A stretch of 64,000 nt of DNA from Phoronis australis (Eukaryota > Animalia > Phoronida): the NCBI GenBank assembly GCA_002633005.1, contig NMRA01000017.1, forward strand, positions 1,152,737-1,216,736, read 5' to 3'. Both the position numbers and the translations under genes were made by a program. Below, piece after piece: positions 11,101 through 24,465 of the stretch (positions within the stretch are counted from its first letter, which is position 1; each line of letters opens with the position of its first letter). The notes below the pieces were generated by a model that was given only the letters and a program-made list of their open reading frames with translations, had not been told where the DNA came from and did not search any database.

Positions 11101-14100
11101 TTATTTTGTTCTCTCATTAGAACCATTTTTGTGAATTTATTTTGCTTGTTGTATGTTATGTTTTAAAACTTGATATACCAGGTATGTGAAAATAAAAATT
11201 GAAAACTGGGAGATAAATGAACAATTTTATTTGGTTTGGGTAGCTTTGGAAGTGTTATCATCTTGAAAGAAGTTACAACTGTGCAAATTATAATGGTTAT
11301 GTGACTTTTGTGTTTGTTATATGGTTGCAGTATGAAGCTGAAAAACTTGTTAACGAGAAGAGCAAATACAGTTTAGAACAGTATGATAAGACTCTGAAAC
11401 AACTGGAGAGTGGTAAACATTTTTTTCTACTTTTAATTTACTCTTGGAAAACCATAACATGTGCAAGATGTTGTTAGTTGATTTTGGAAAGTCTAGCTTT
11501 GAGACTGGTAAAGTTTTCCTCACCTGTTGTGAAAAATTATTGTTCATAATTTCTGAAAGAATAGCTTGAAATGTTCTGCTGTGGAGTCGCCTGGCTCCCT
11601 CTACTTGGGAATTTTGTCAGATTCCTGCAAAAATTGTGCCACCCTCTGTCTGTGGTTCTAGACAACAACATTAGGGCCTCGGACCATGAGTCGGACAACT
11701 TAAATCTGACACTGCTGTGACTGTTCAGACAGTGATTCTTTGCTTTCACCCCGCAGCCTCTCAAACCATGAACTGTCTCTGTCTAGAATTTCCACATTCT
11801 CCAGTGCCCAGCAAGTCCTCCATCTCAAATGAGTATCCCGTGTTACTATGGTATTCAAAACTGCAGAATTAAGACCACTGCCATTGGCACAGTAAGTATG
11901 GGACATAGTTGCCTAAGGTGACTGACAGAGGTTGACGCAATTTTCAATGGAACCAGACAGTCATTACCCCCTCTTCAAAGGAGCCAGACTACTTTACATG
12001 GCCAGGAGAAGAATGATGTAGAGTGGTTTTCTCCAGAAACTGTGTATTAGATTTATTTCCACGTCAAATACTTCACCTGGAGGAATGACGATGTCTATCA
12101 TCTGTTCCTATTGAGTAACCAACTATAACGTTTGCCATAAAAGTCGTAAGTCTGATTGCAGAATTCTATGGAAAGAATGTGGGGCTGATGTGCACTTTCC
12201 TCCGATCAGATATTCAGTGTTACTTTACAGCCTCAGTGCTTCTGGTCCAAGACTATGACAAGTTGTATCAGGAGATGGAACAACAGAAGGCACTGCAAGT
12301 CAAAGCTGAGGAGTATGCTGTTGAGGTAGGCACGCATCATCTAGTGAGTACTGTATATCTCCTGACTTTCAGCGACAGTGAAAAGAGGGCGCTGTAGTAC
12401 AGCAGGGTATACGAAAAGTTTATACCTAGAGGACAAATTGTTGATAACTGTTTGTTACCTGCTGTGTATTTTTCAGATGTGATGTGGGTACAACCATATG
12501 CCACATCTCCAGATTGGTGTTTATCCGCATTTTTGTGCAGTAATGTTGATGTTGAGAGTTTGTTGTGTAACGCAGCAAGAAAGTGAAATATTGTGACCTT
12601 AGATTGTTTGTTTCAAGTTTTAAGGTAGTTGATTTCCACAAGTGAATATTACATATCTGGGCAATTTAAACATTAAGCATTACCAACGTGGCCAAAAACA
12701 TTTTGTTTCCTATCACTACCTGTGTATTGCGTATTGCCTTATTACTTGAAGATGGTTAAAGACCGGGAAGCCATGAAAAGACAGAGCTCAGCACTGATAT
12801 CTTCAGCTGCTTCTAATGACCGTCTAATGAAGGCCATGCTAGAGATAGAGGATCTAGCAAAGCAGCTAGAGGCACAGAAACACAGTCACCAAGTGGAGGT
12901 CAGAGTTCAACCTGTTAAAGGGGGATTCTGGGCAAGAAGAATATTTTTTAGGAATTAGCAGTTGTGTCTATTCAAACCCACAACCTACGCAGTGGGAGCG
13001 GAATGTTCCACCACTGCCCTAAGTGGCACATATTTAACATCAAAGTCTTTTAAGCATATTTAAATTGCAAAGACACCAGCGTTGATTTCAGCGAATATCT
13101 GGTAGACTATGGCGAGAATTGGTACCTGTGACTGTTGGCAGCCCGGTCAGCTGACTCTCTATTGTGTTGGCAGGGAATGTGGTAATTGAAACTTGGCCTA
13201 TAGTTGACAAAGTTGATAGGGTTTTGCCTTGAATTTCCACCTGCACTAAGTTCATTATGATGTAGTGATGTAGCTGATTTATAAAATACGTATTTTGAAG
13301 TCATGTAGATTCATAGCTGACTGTTTTTCATTTTAGTGTGAACTGTTGGACCCTTTTTGATACTTTCAGTTGGACGAACTAAATTCCCAGTTAAACAACA
13401 GCGCTGAGTTGGAAAAGATCAGTTCTTTGGAAAAACAACTCGAGCTGTCATTACAACAGGTAACTGAATTTGAAAAGAGGATCAACGATGCTGAGACAAA
13501 CATTCAAGAGTTGGAAAAGCAAAGTAAGTAATCCAGTTGACTATGTTCTTTGACTTTTTCTCAGTTGTAGCCAAGATTCACATGGAGAGAACTTTGCTGG
13601 CAATATACCATGCAAGAACGAGTGTTGGCCTGGGATCCAATCTTTGTACTTCAAATTATTTTGACATAACCACAGTTGCTCATGAAAGTGATATATAAAA
13701 AGTGGAGCTTTCTGATCTCTGTAATTATTACGGAATCCACCATGAACAAAATCACTCCGGGCTTAGACTAATCACCGAGTCATTCATTGTGCCATGTACA
13801 AATTCCTAGTTACGTTAAATAATTGTAAAATATATGAGCATGACAATTAAGAAAGTTCAATTGTCACAATGCTCTGAGTTGTTTTCTTGTTTCTTTTGGT
13901 TAGATAATCTGTTACACACCCCTGCTGTGGAAAGAGTATGCCGACTGACTGATTGGCCAGCTGGGATACAGCAGTGTCTTTATCAGTTTAACAGTGGCAA
14001 GCCAATTTTTAAACAGTCCAGCTCTCTTATTGTCTGCTTTCATCTGATAAGCTCACATAATCCAACACTTATTTTGTAAACTGTGTGCCTGATGCTAACC

Positions 14101-17100
14101 TATATTTAAAAAACTATTTGCAAACTACTTTCAACAAATGTCGTGAAGCAGATTTGTTTCGTGTGAAACACTTTCAACAAAGAACGTCGAATGGAGAAAA
14201 ACGGTTGTTTTTCAGAGAAATTAGACTTAACTTTCACCTGTTGATTCCTTTGTGTGACTGTAAGCTCTGACCAGCTTACCACTGTATTGTGTACCAACAC
14301 AAACAGCTTGCTTGACAAGTTTAATGGAGCGTGATTCTAGATTACATCGTGACAGTAGAAATTTCTTGATTTTTACACTCCAGGAGAGTTGTACATAATG
14401 ACTGCATACCATGCCTTCATCATCTGAGAAGAATACTAAAATAAGATTGACGTACCGTATTGTAGTAGTGAGGTCACACTGAACTCTTCACAATAAGGAA
14501 AATACTAATTGTGGATGAATGGTTTTATTTTAAAGATCTTTCTGAACTTAAGGTATCTCCTTTACAGGAGAGCAGGCAGACTTAACCAGCAAAACATGAA
14601 GATGCAATCACAACCATATTTACTAATTTGTATTTACTCTAACCTCGATCTTGACTTCTGCTACAGACCGTAAACTCCAACATCTTCTGGACAACCCACC
14701 CCCTCCACCACCTCCGCCTCCGCCTCCAATCAAGTCCCTTTTACCGTAAGTAGAGCTAAGTGGTTTGGATTGGTATGAATCTTTATGAGGCATGAAAGCA
14801 GTCATGTTTGCGCTGGGTAATTAACATTTAGCCTGTAAATGTTACTAATGCCATGAGACAGTGATGCCAATCAGCCGCAATTGATTGGACTTCATGAATG
14901 TGTATTGGACGGAATTCATTGTGCTGTGGTAAAAGCAGAATACTTTACCTGTTAAGATTTTGAGCTACAAACTCACCTTCTGTGAAAATGTTTTTAATTT
15001 AAGCCACCAATTACCATTTTGAAGAACCTTGTCTCAAAGTGCTTCTTTGGGAGTGAAGTGACATTTTGCTGGACACACAAAATGATGACTCAACTACGGT
15101 CATGCTCGATTAAAGATAATTGCGTGCTCCTAACTTTGCTAATTAGCAGGAACTAACTGACAATGCTATTTTAACACAATCAATGAAAGTGAAGTTGTAT
15201 TCATTGACAACTTGTAAATATGAAAAAAATCTGCAAATAGGTTACCTTTCCTCTAATGATGTACCTTGGGGGCTTAAGTAGCCTGCATCATGCAGTGTTT
15301 CTCCCCAGCACCAAGTCTCGATACTTATTTTAGCCACAAAACTCATTCATTTGGCAATTTTCAACCTACTTCATATTTAGATCATATGTTGTGTTTCTAA
15401 CTGATGTGGCCAAGTAGTCACAGAGATAAGAAATTAGCCTGCAAGTTCCCCTGTAAACTGTTTGTTCTTTGGTGGAGCTGGTGAACATGTTAGCCATTAG
15501 GTAACTCTTACGCTAACAGGATTTACATGCAAATGGATAAAAAGGCTTGCACTGTTCACCCCAGAGTATTAAAAAAATTTCTCCCCACACCAAAGGCTTG
15601 ATGGCGCTGTCACAGATTGAAGTGCTATTCATGGGCTTGGTCAAATGTGTATTGGAAGAGATAATGGCAGCCGTAACCAACCCGCCTGCTTAGCGTACCA
15701 GTTTCAAAGTCAAAACAACAAAGAATACTGTTTTTAAAATTGAAAAGTAAATATTAGTTGTATTCAACTTTTTAAAATCGATGCATTATAAGAGAAAGTA
15801 GCAAGTAAGTTTTCTTCAGAAGCACAGTAATTAGGTAAAGCATGGCTATAAAGTAAAGCAAATTAATTTGTGAATTGAATTTGACAGGTAAGTCACAGTC
15901 TGGGATAAACTTGGTAATAGGTGTTTGGGTAATAAAACCTCTATTGTCTGTGTAGGTGTTGTCTCATGGCAGCAGCTTGTACTGTGTGAGGTTACAAGTA
16001 CCAACTGTCACTTTTTTTTGGTTACTTCAGAAAATTAAGCGAAGCTCTTAACTTAAAGAAAAAGAAACAGACCAAGAAGAGAGTTTTGCAGAATGCACAA
16101 GGTAATTTTTATGTCAACTTTCTTTGCCGCTGGTTTGCAGTGTAATTGATACAGTATTGCGTGTTACTGACTGTATTTGTATTGTGTGACTGTCACCATC
16201 AAATTTTCCTTGACATGGTCACTACCTGATTTGTCGTAATAAATATCTGTTTCCAGGTGTATTCCTCATCACGTTGAAACAAGAATATTGGTCACAAAGA
16301 CAATAATTAAATTGCACTTTTTAATGGATTCTGAAATCATTGAAACGATTTCATAAAGAAAAATGCACTTATGCTTAAAGAAAAATAAAGACATTCTCTT
16401 TTTGGCAAGTTTTAGTGAGACCTAAATTGAATTTTTTTGTTTTAAGTAATTCTGTGTGTCGTCTTGATGTTGATTTCGTGACTGTAACATACTCAGAACA
16501 TTTTATAGCTGAAACTATTATTTATGGCAGGCAATGGGGCAGGCACTGAAGGAGGTACTGTGTGGGAAGTGTTCAAGGTTATGTAGGACCTTATTGGCAA
16601 GTGGGCATATTTAGCCAACAAAAGTATAGATTTTAACTTCAAGTTGGTAAAAGCATGTAACATATTGCCACTCTCGTTAATTTAATCACGTGATCATGTC
16701 ATTTTAGGATAGAAGGCAAAATATAGGAGTGGTATATTAATTTGATACCAAAATGTCATCAATGACATGATCAAATTTCATTTGAATATAAATGTTCGTG
16801 ATGAGATCTCAAAAAGGTTGTTACAGTTTTATAGAATTCTATCATAATTTCTCATTTTCATATTGTGTATCTTAAGAGTTTTTCTTTAAATTATGACAAT
16901 CCCAATACCCCTCATACCAAAACAATTTCTAACAGAACTTTTGGAAAACAATGCATAAAGCATTAGTATTTGAAAGTTTTATATAAATCCGATTTGCCAT
17001 TTCAGAGGTATCATATTCCGAAGTTAGCCAAATTTGGACATTTTTCTATAGGGTCCTATGTAACCTTAATGCCAGTGTAGCGATATCAGACATGAATTTT

Positions 17101-20100
17101 TAATCTTTGCATTAATGCAGCAGTAACTCAATACTTTTGATGACCTCATTCATGTTCAGTGTTTGCAATAAAGACAGATGTTGTGCTTTAAAGTCTAAAA
17201 GCATCATCAGCGATTGAATGTACATGGCAACCATTATTGAGGCTGGTTCTCAGGGAAATGTTCAAAGTGTGAATTATACTGCATCATGAATGTGATCATC
17301 AAATTTATCGTTATTTCATTTCCTTGTTCATGGAGTATGGAAACATGCCAACAACATACCACTAAGGTGACCCTCTTGCTTAGAACTATAGATAGCTTCC
17401 CTCTGTATTTAGATGTGGCTTGTTCTGAAAGCAACAAGCCAACATACATTTGTGGCCGGGCTGTTTCTCTAAAAAGCTGTTACTTTTTAGCCATAGCTCT
17501 AATTTACAAGTCAGTGTTTGACTAAAGATAACTGTTGAGATTTTTTCCTTGGTTTTAATTAATAGTTACCTCATTGAATCTGACGTCACTGTGGTTGGTT
17601 TTTGGCCAAATCTGACTTGTAACTAAACAGGTCAAAGACATGTTGTTGATTTCAAGAGTATGTTTCTAAGCAAGAGTGTTACTGAGAGTGGTGACCATGT
17701 TCTTAGCTGCTACAGAGCATGCCAATGGGAAAGCAACGAGATTGCATGACATTCACGGTCTGCGAATTTACCTTTGTATGCAGTACATTCATTTGTCTCA
17801 TTTTTAGGGTGAGATTTGCGTGTGCACCTGTGTGTGCTGTACATTTTGATTTGGACATTTATGCCTAATTTTTTAACCTATTTGATGTCTCATCAATGTA
17901 AGTTTCTGCAGAGTGTGGAAGAATATTTCCAAAACTTATATAAAAGCTTGATATGAAGCAAATTGCCTTTATCGCATTATAAGAACACGCGCACATACCT
18001 AAGTAGAAAATAGTGTGCTAACAAAGACAAAAGCTAAAATAGTTCTCTTGAATGCTTCTCCTTGTATGGCGCCACACTAGTAATGTCATGTGACCCTTCT
18101 GTGATGTCATCTTGCTACTCTGTGATCTTGTGTGGCTGGTGTGGCGTATACGCGTGCGCACACATGAGTGCGTGTGTGTGTGTATGTGTGTGTGATGGCC
18201 GCTTTGTGATGTTATGGTCACTCTTTGATGTCATATGACCTTTGTGATGTCATGATCACCCTGTGATGTCATGTGGCCACTTTGTGGTGTCATAGGGCCA
18301 CTCTCTGATGTCATATGGCCAGCTCTCTGATGTGGCTGCAATATGATATCACGTGGTCACTCTATGATTTCATATGGCCACTCCGTGATGTCATGTGGCC
18401 ACTTTATGATGTCATGTGGCCACTTTATGATGTCATGTGGCCACTTTACGATGTCATGTAGCCACTCGGTGGTGTCGTGAGGTCACTCTGTGATGTCGTG
18501 GGGTCACTCTGTGATGTCGTGGGGTCACTCTGTGATGTCGTGGGATCACTCTGTTGTGAAGTCTCTGACTATATCCAATAGGTGCCCAGAATGCTGTGAT
18601 GGCCAGTGCCATCGAAGAAATGATGGCAAGGATAAAGAAGGGAAATGCACTAAAGAAACGAGTCAGTACAGGGAATAAGGTAAGTGTGTTTTATAGTTGC
18701 CACCAACTATAGTCTGTAGGGGAACCTGCTTTTCCAAACTTGGAATGAATTATTAGTAATATGTGTTTGAAAATTCGTAAATTTCGTATACTATTAATTT
18801 ATGGGTCATTTGGGCTTATGTCATTTCTGTGATTAGCTTTTGACACCAATGAAATTATTTGGTTTGTCAAATATTGCTAAAACATCAGGCGCCCCTCTTT
18901 TCAAATATCTCCTAATTCTTTAGGAGTATTTGTATTAATAAACTGTATCCAGACAGGCACTAAATCTAATTCAAGTTGGTCCAGGAACAAGATGATTGAG
19001 CTTAAGTGACCATCTGCTGAAAGGCTGACTCTTGACACGGGTGAGGAAACTTAACCTAACCTTCAGAAACTTTGCCTGTACCCCGGCTGTTGGTACTTTG
19101 TCAATAGATTTGTACACAGATCACGATAGACAGAATTCTTCAATATCTGGATCATTGACCTGTAGCTTCATTTGTGTTGAGCAGGGTAATTATTGTATTA
19201 TATATGACTTCACAGGGGTAAATTGAACTATCAAGGACTAAAGGTATTTGTTTGAGTTCGGATATTGAATTCCCCATGAAATCTTATTGTGTTGGAATTG
19301 TTTTTTCCCCAAAGAAATACAATAAATATTACGATGTCATGGTTTAATTATATTTTGTTGACCAAGGGACGTAACTGAGGTACCTAATTGATTTAATACT
19401 TATGAGCTTTAACAAAAGGCTGCGAAGTCATGTAGACTAGCTTGTTATCTCATCTTGACAACCGCTTTGTCTGGTTTTGTCTGGAGTTGAAACTGCCTTG
19501 TCTTTGAGGCAGTGTAACTTGATCCAAATGAACTTACACACTTTAGCTGTCCATGTGGACAGAAAGCTATTGTGTTAGGAAGGAAGTAATTCTCAACAAC
19601 TTGCATAGTTGAGTTTATACAGTTGTATTGTGTATATAGCGAGCTAGCTTATTTTCAAGATACCGATTACTGTTAGCCAGATTGTTTACAGCTTTTAACA
19701 ACATTTACTCTGCGTGTTACAGCCTAATGATGAGGTTCAAGTATGAAACTACACTTCACACCACTTAGCCAGAGCACTGAACAATATCACATGTTAGAAG
19801 TGATCGTATAACCACAATTGACCACTTTTAAGCAAGGCACACTCTCACAATTTAGGGGTCAAAGGACTTGTTGCATTTCATTACGGCAGTCAATCATGAG
19901 ACACTTGTGGCAAGAAAGCTTGGTTCATGAAAGTAAAGTAGTGAGTTCTCCCAAAATTCCAAGCACATGGAACAGTTTGTAGTGGCCATTTTGCTGCTGC
20001 TTGCTTAAATTGCGAACTTTGAAAACACTCGCCTCTCACAGGCGTGATCTTGCGTATCACTACACTCGCTAGTAACTAGATGCTTTGCATGCACCCCTGG

Positions 20101-23100
20101 TTACATCGAAGTTTCTCGTATTTCCAACACGTTTTACTACCAAACTGGAGTTAGTCATTCATAATGTTTAATGGTCTGCACAAAGAATAAAACTGCTAGG
20201 TATCTTGTCTGTGTTTTGTTGTTGACAATTTGAAATTCTCAAGTACAATCTAGCTTCCACCATTTCTATGCTCTGTTGATTTCACTAAGTGGTGAATTTT
20301 CTTAGTTGGATTTTCTATAAATTGTTGAAATTCATGCATTTAATGACTGCTCTACTCAATACATTTAATCAATACAGTATTAAAATCTCATCAAGTTCGA
20401 ACAAAACTGCCAAAATTGCCCTTTTCTCAATTTTAAAGATCTTACACATTCTTGTGAGTGCCCAAAGGTGATTTTAGTAGATGTCATACTTTACCTTTAC
20501 CAGTTGTTTAATTGGTGCATGATGTAAATTATACTATAATTGTAAACCTCTGATGAGATGCAGCTGGTTTATGGAGTAAATGTGCCATTGACTCAGGTGC
20601 TCAGCTTTGACTTACGTAGAAGTTAAGTACTGCTGGTTGAACAGTGAGTTTTATCTTGCCAAAAGGATTTAGCAAAAACAAATACATCTATTCAGTTTTT
20701 TTACAAACTTTTTGATTCCTTTGCCAGAAAGTCTTTGCCTATTTAACATTCAATATGGTAGAAAAGTGTTAAATCTCTCAACAAAAATCGATATTGAAAA
20801 AAAATTCAGNGAACAAAACTGCCAAAATTGCCCTTTTCTCAATTTTAAAGATCTTACACATTCTTGTGAGTGCCCAAAGGTGATTTTAGTAGATGTCATA
20901 CTTTACCTTTACCAGTTGTTTAATTGGTGCATGATGTAAATTATACTATAATTGTAAACCTCTGATGAGATGCAGCTGGTTTATGGAGTAAATGTGCCAT
21001 TGACTCAGGTGCTCAGCTTTGACTTACGTAGAAGTTAAGTACTGCTGGTTGAACAGTGAGTTTTATCTTGCCAAAAGGATTTAGCAAAAACAAATACATG
21101 TATTCAGTTTTTTTGCAAACTTTTTGATTCCTTTGCCAGAAAGTCTTTGCCTATTTAACATTCAATATGGTAGAAAAGTGTTAAATCTCTCAACAAAAAT
21201 CGATATTGAAAAAAATTCAGAACAACAATCTGATGATAAAGTTTCTTTTGCATCAAAGTAATCAAGCTTTAAAAAATACGAAAATGACCACTTTGACAAT
21301 TATTTTTGTATAAAATTGATGTGAAATTTCCATAGTTGGTTTTTAGTGCCAAGTAAATAGTACATGTCTTTGTACATAGCTGCTACACTCCTCAGTCTTC
21401 ATGCTTTATCACTGAGAATGTTGAATAACCTTCACTAGTCACTAATTTATATTTCAGCCGGCTGAGATCGCTAAAGCTGAAAGTAGTGCCATCGGTGAAA
21501 TGCATGGGCTGCTCGTAAGTAAATGACGATTATTTCCAGTAAGGTCAAACAAGCGTATTTAGTTCTGGTCTCTGTTTTTGAAAGTTGGTGGTGCAGTATT
21601 TTTTAGTTGCTCACTTTCAAAAAGGAACGTCTTCCGAGAATGAGCTAAAATGATGCAAGATGTTTTTGTTTTACTCATTGCTTGGCAAAACATAGTTATC
21701 CTTGCTTATAAGCCTTTGTGCAGCTTTTCAGACCTTGGCTGAAGTTGATGTGGGCGGGCAAAGAGACTAGAACCTACTCTACTTTTTTGGCCTGATGTCC
21801 TAATAGATCATGCATGTATTTTTCATACCACCAATACTACGTTGAATTTTCATGTGTGATTTTTTTCAGAGCAAACGCAGTCACATTTTGACTTTGGCTT
21901 AATTCGTGTATTGCAGACATCTTTGAAGACCAAACAAAGACTCGGCCATTGCACATCACTTCCTGCCAGTTCAGAGCCCAAAGCAGACAGTCAGCTACTC
22001 AAACTGTTGAACGCTCGTCGCGAATTAACTGATGCCCATGCAGACAACAAACAAGGTATACGTAGATTCATACTCACCTGATTTCTTGATTTCCTGTAAG
22101 AATTGTTTATTTTGTTTTCAATCCAGTAAAAGTAAAGCTGTATTTTGCCCTGTTTACCGTAGCTGTCGTCAGAAACTCATCTGGGATTTGAAAAGTGAGA
22201 GTCCAAATTCGCGACATTAACACTCCCGTCTCGCAGTATACAGGGATTCTTTACGAGGTCATCCTGACACCACAGGGCAAAATTCTCCCGAAAAACATGG
22301 CTGCCAGCATTTTGCTGATCGTCAATGTGACATTTGGTAATAGTTTGTGCATGTGCTCAATTTTTCAGTGTATATTTATTGAATTAATGAATTTAGGTTT
22401 CAATAAAATATAACAATCAGAAGTGCATAGCCAGTGGTTTAGTTGACATGCCTTTGGGTGTTGGGAGCCCAGCTAGCTGGCTTATGTTGTGCTGGCAGGG
22501 AACTGGGCAAATGAAACTCACGCTTCAATTCACAAATTTAATCAGGTTTGGGCTTGAATTTTCACCTGTATTAGGTCCCTCATTTTGTTGTGAGGTACAT
22601 TCTGCTCCTGACAGTTAGACACGTTTTGGCAAATGAACAATCACAGATGAGCAACGTACATACAGGGTCATGTTTTAAAAAACACTGTTTTTGACACTTC
22701 AAGCTGAAGGAACTTTATTCAACACCACACAAAATCTATGCTGTTTTGTCATGTGATACCAGTTTCGGCTTGTCTCACATTCTTAATCCTATGCTAGTGA
22801 TACACTGGTCACTCTATTCTTCACCATCCCTCTAACTATGCCTGAACTCTGATCACCAATCATCATTTCCCAGTTTCCACTGTTTCCACCATCAACTCAC
22901 CTGCTGGGGACATGAAGACTCCCTCCAAGCCACTCCCCTCTCCTCGAAAGTCAGTAAGGAAGTTGGCTAGCAGGTAAGTACTAGTTTGGCATTATCGAGT
23001 TTTCATACAGTGCAAGTCAAAAGTATTCAGATCAAATGACTGCGAATTTCCCGTCATGGTGGGAGGGCATAAGCCAAATTCACTATGAAAGTACTCGTCT

Positions 23101-24416
23101 CTCATGACCGAGTTAACGTTATTACCAGTCACTTTTGCTGTTAATGGTATTTAGCTTCATGACTGAGAAGCAGTATTTTATCTTGGGTTTATAGTCATTT
23201 CTTTTGGTTTGCACAACTCAAAAAAGCTGACTGCTAGTCAAGATACTGTAATTATTACTAGTTGTTGATGCTTTCTTTTCAGGTAATTGTAAATCTTGTA
23301 GGTCATCCTTAAAATATTTTTGTTCCTTTCACTTAGGTCTTACTACTAGTACTAGGTTGATAGGCTGGTTGGTAAAAATATTTTTCATGTTTTACCTTTT
23401 CATTGTCTTGGTAGGTTCATTTTTGTTTCAAAAACTACCTCATATTTACAACTGAAAAATTCTTTAGGACAAAACTAAATAAAATATTCTGTTTCAAAGA
23501 CATATTTTACAGTAGGTCGGTCCTGGGTAGACAAACTTACCCCTTATGTAATCAGAACTACTTGAAAGTAATAAGGACTCGTGGCAGCTTATTTGTAGTG
23601 CACCAATGAGGGTTCACATCAACTTCTTAGTTCAGTAGATTCATTGGTAAGCCACCGACCTCTTATGGATATGCCAAAATAGAAAATTCATGAAAAGAAT
23701 CGTACTTTGACACCCTCACCGGTCGAGATTGAGCAACTCGGCTAGTTTGCATATCTCGAAATTTGCCCGCAATGATCAAAGACACCATGCTATTGTAGTT
23801 TACTTAATTTAATCATCCCAGGCTGCTGATGGTATCATTCTCTAGGTAATCAAACCCATCATAAACACACCGGAAACAATAATAGTATTTTTTAAATTTT
23901 CCCTTTGAAAGTTTTTAAATAGCATATTTGAATGGTTTGTGAAAAGTACATGTGATAAGGTTTTCGAATTTTGAAAATCAGACCAGGAGTGTGACTTTTA
24001 CAACCTAAAATCTTTGTGTAATATTACAATTGAAAATGCTCTTCGTGCCCACTCCCGGGGGGGGCAAAAAGGTCCGCCTCATAGAAACAAAAAGTTCGAG
24101 AAAACGAGAGAAAAGTTTGCTAAATAGGTGTGAATGCGCAATTCACAGCTCCGAATGTGGTACCCCGTTTTTCTAGTCCTTCCATTTATTTTGTTAGTAA
24201 AAGTCCACACGGAGCCCCCCCCCCATACTTTAGGCTGGGTGTACGCATGCTCTTCATTAAGTCTATGGGGTGTGTAACATAACTGACCCAGTTACCAAAA
24301 AACCACCGGGTAGAGTGGGATTATGAGGTAAGCCAAGTGTCGTCGTACAGCTCTTAGCATGTAGCTGTACTCACACACACGCACACACACTCACACACAC
24401 ACACACACGCATCACG

Positions 24417-24465
<49 letters not shown>

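Noticed and set aside
14623-14805. Poly-Gly ORF on minus strand
   Set aside because: Antisense shadow of the SHTN1 poly-Pro exon.
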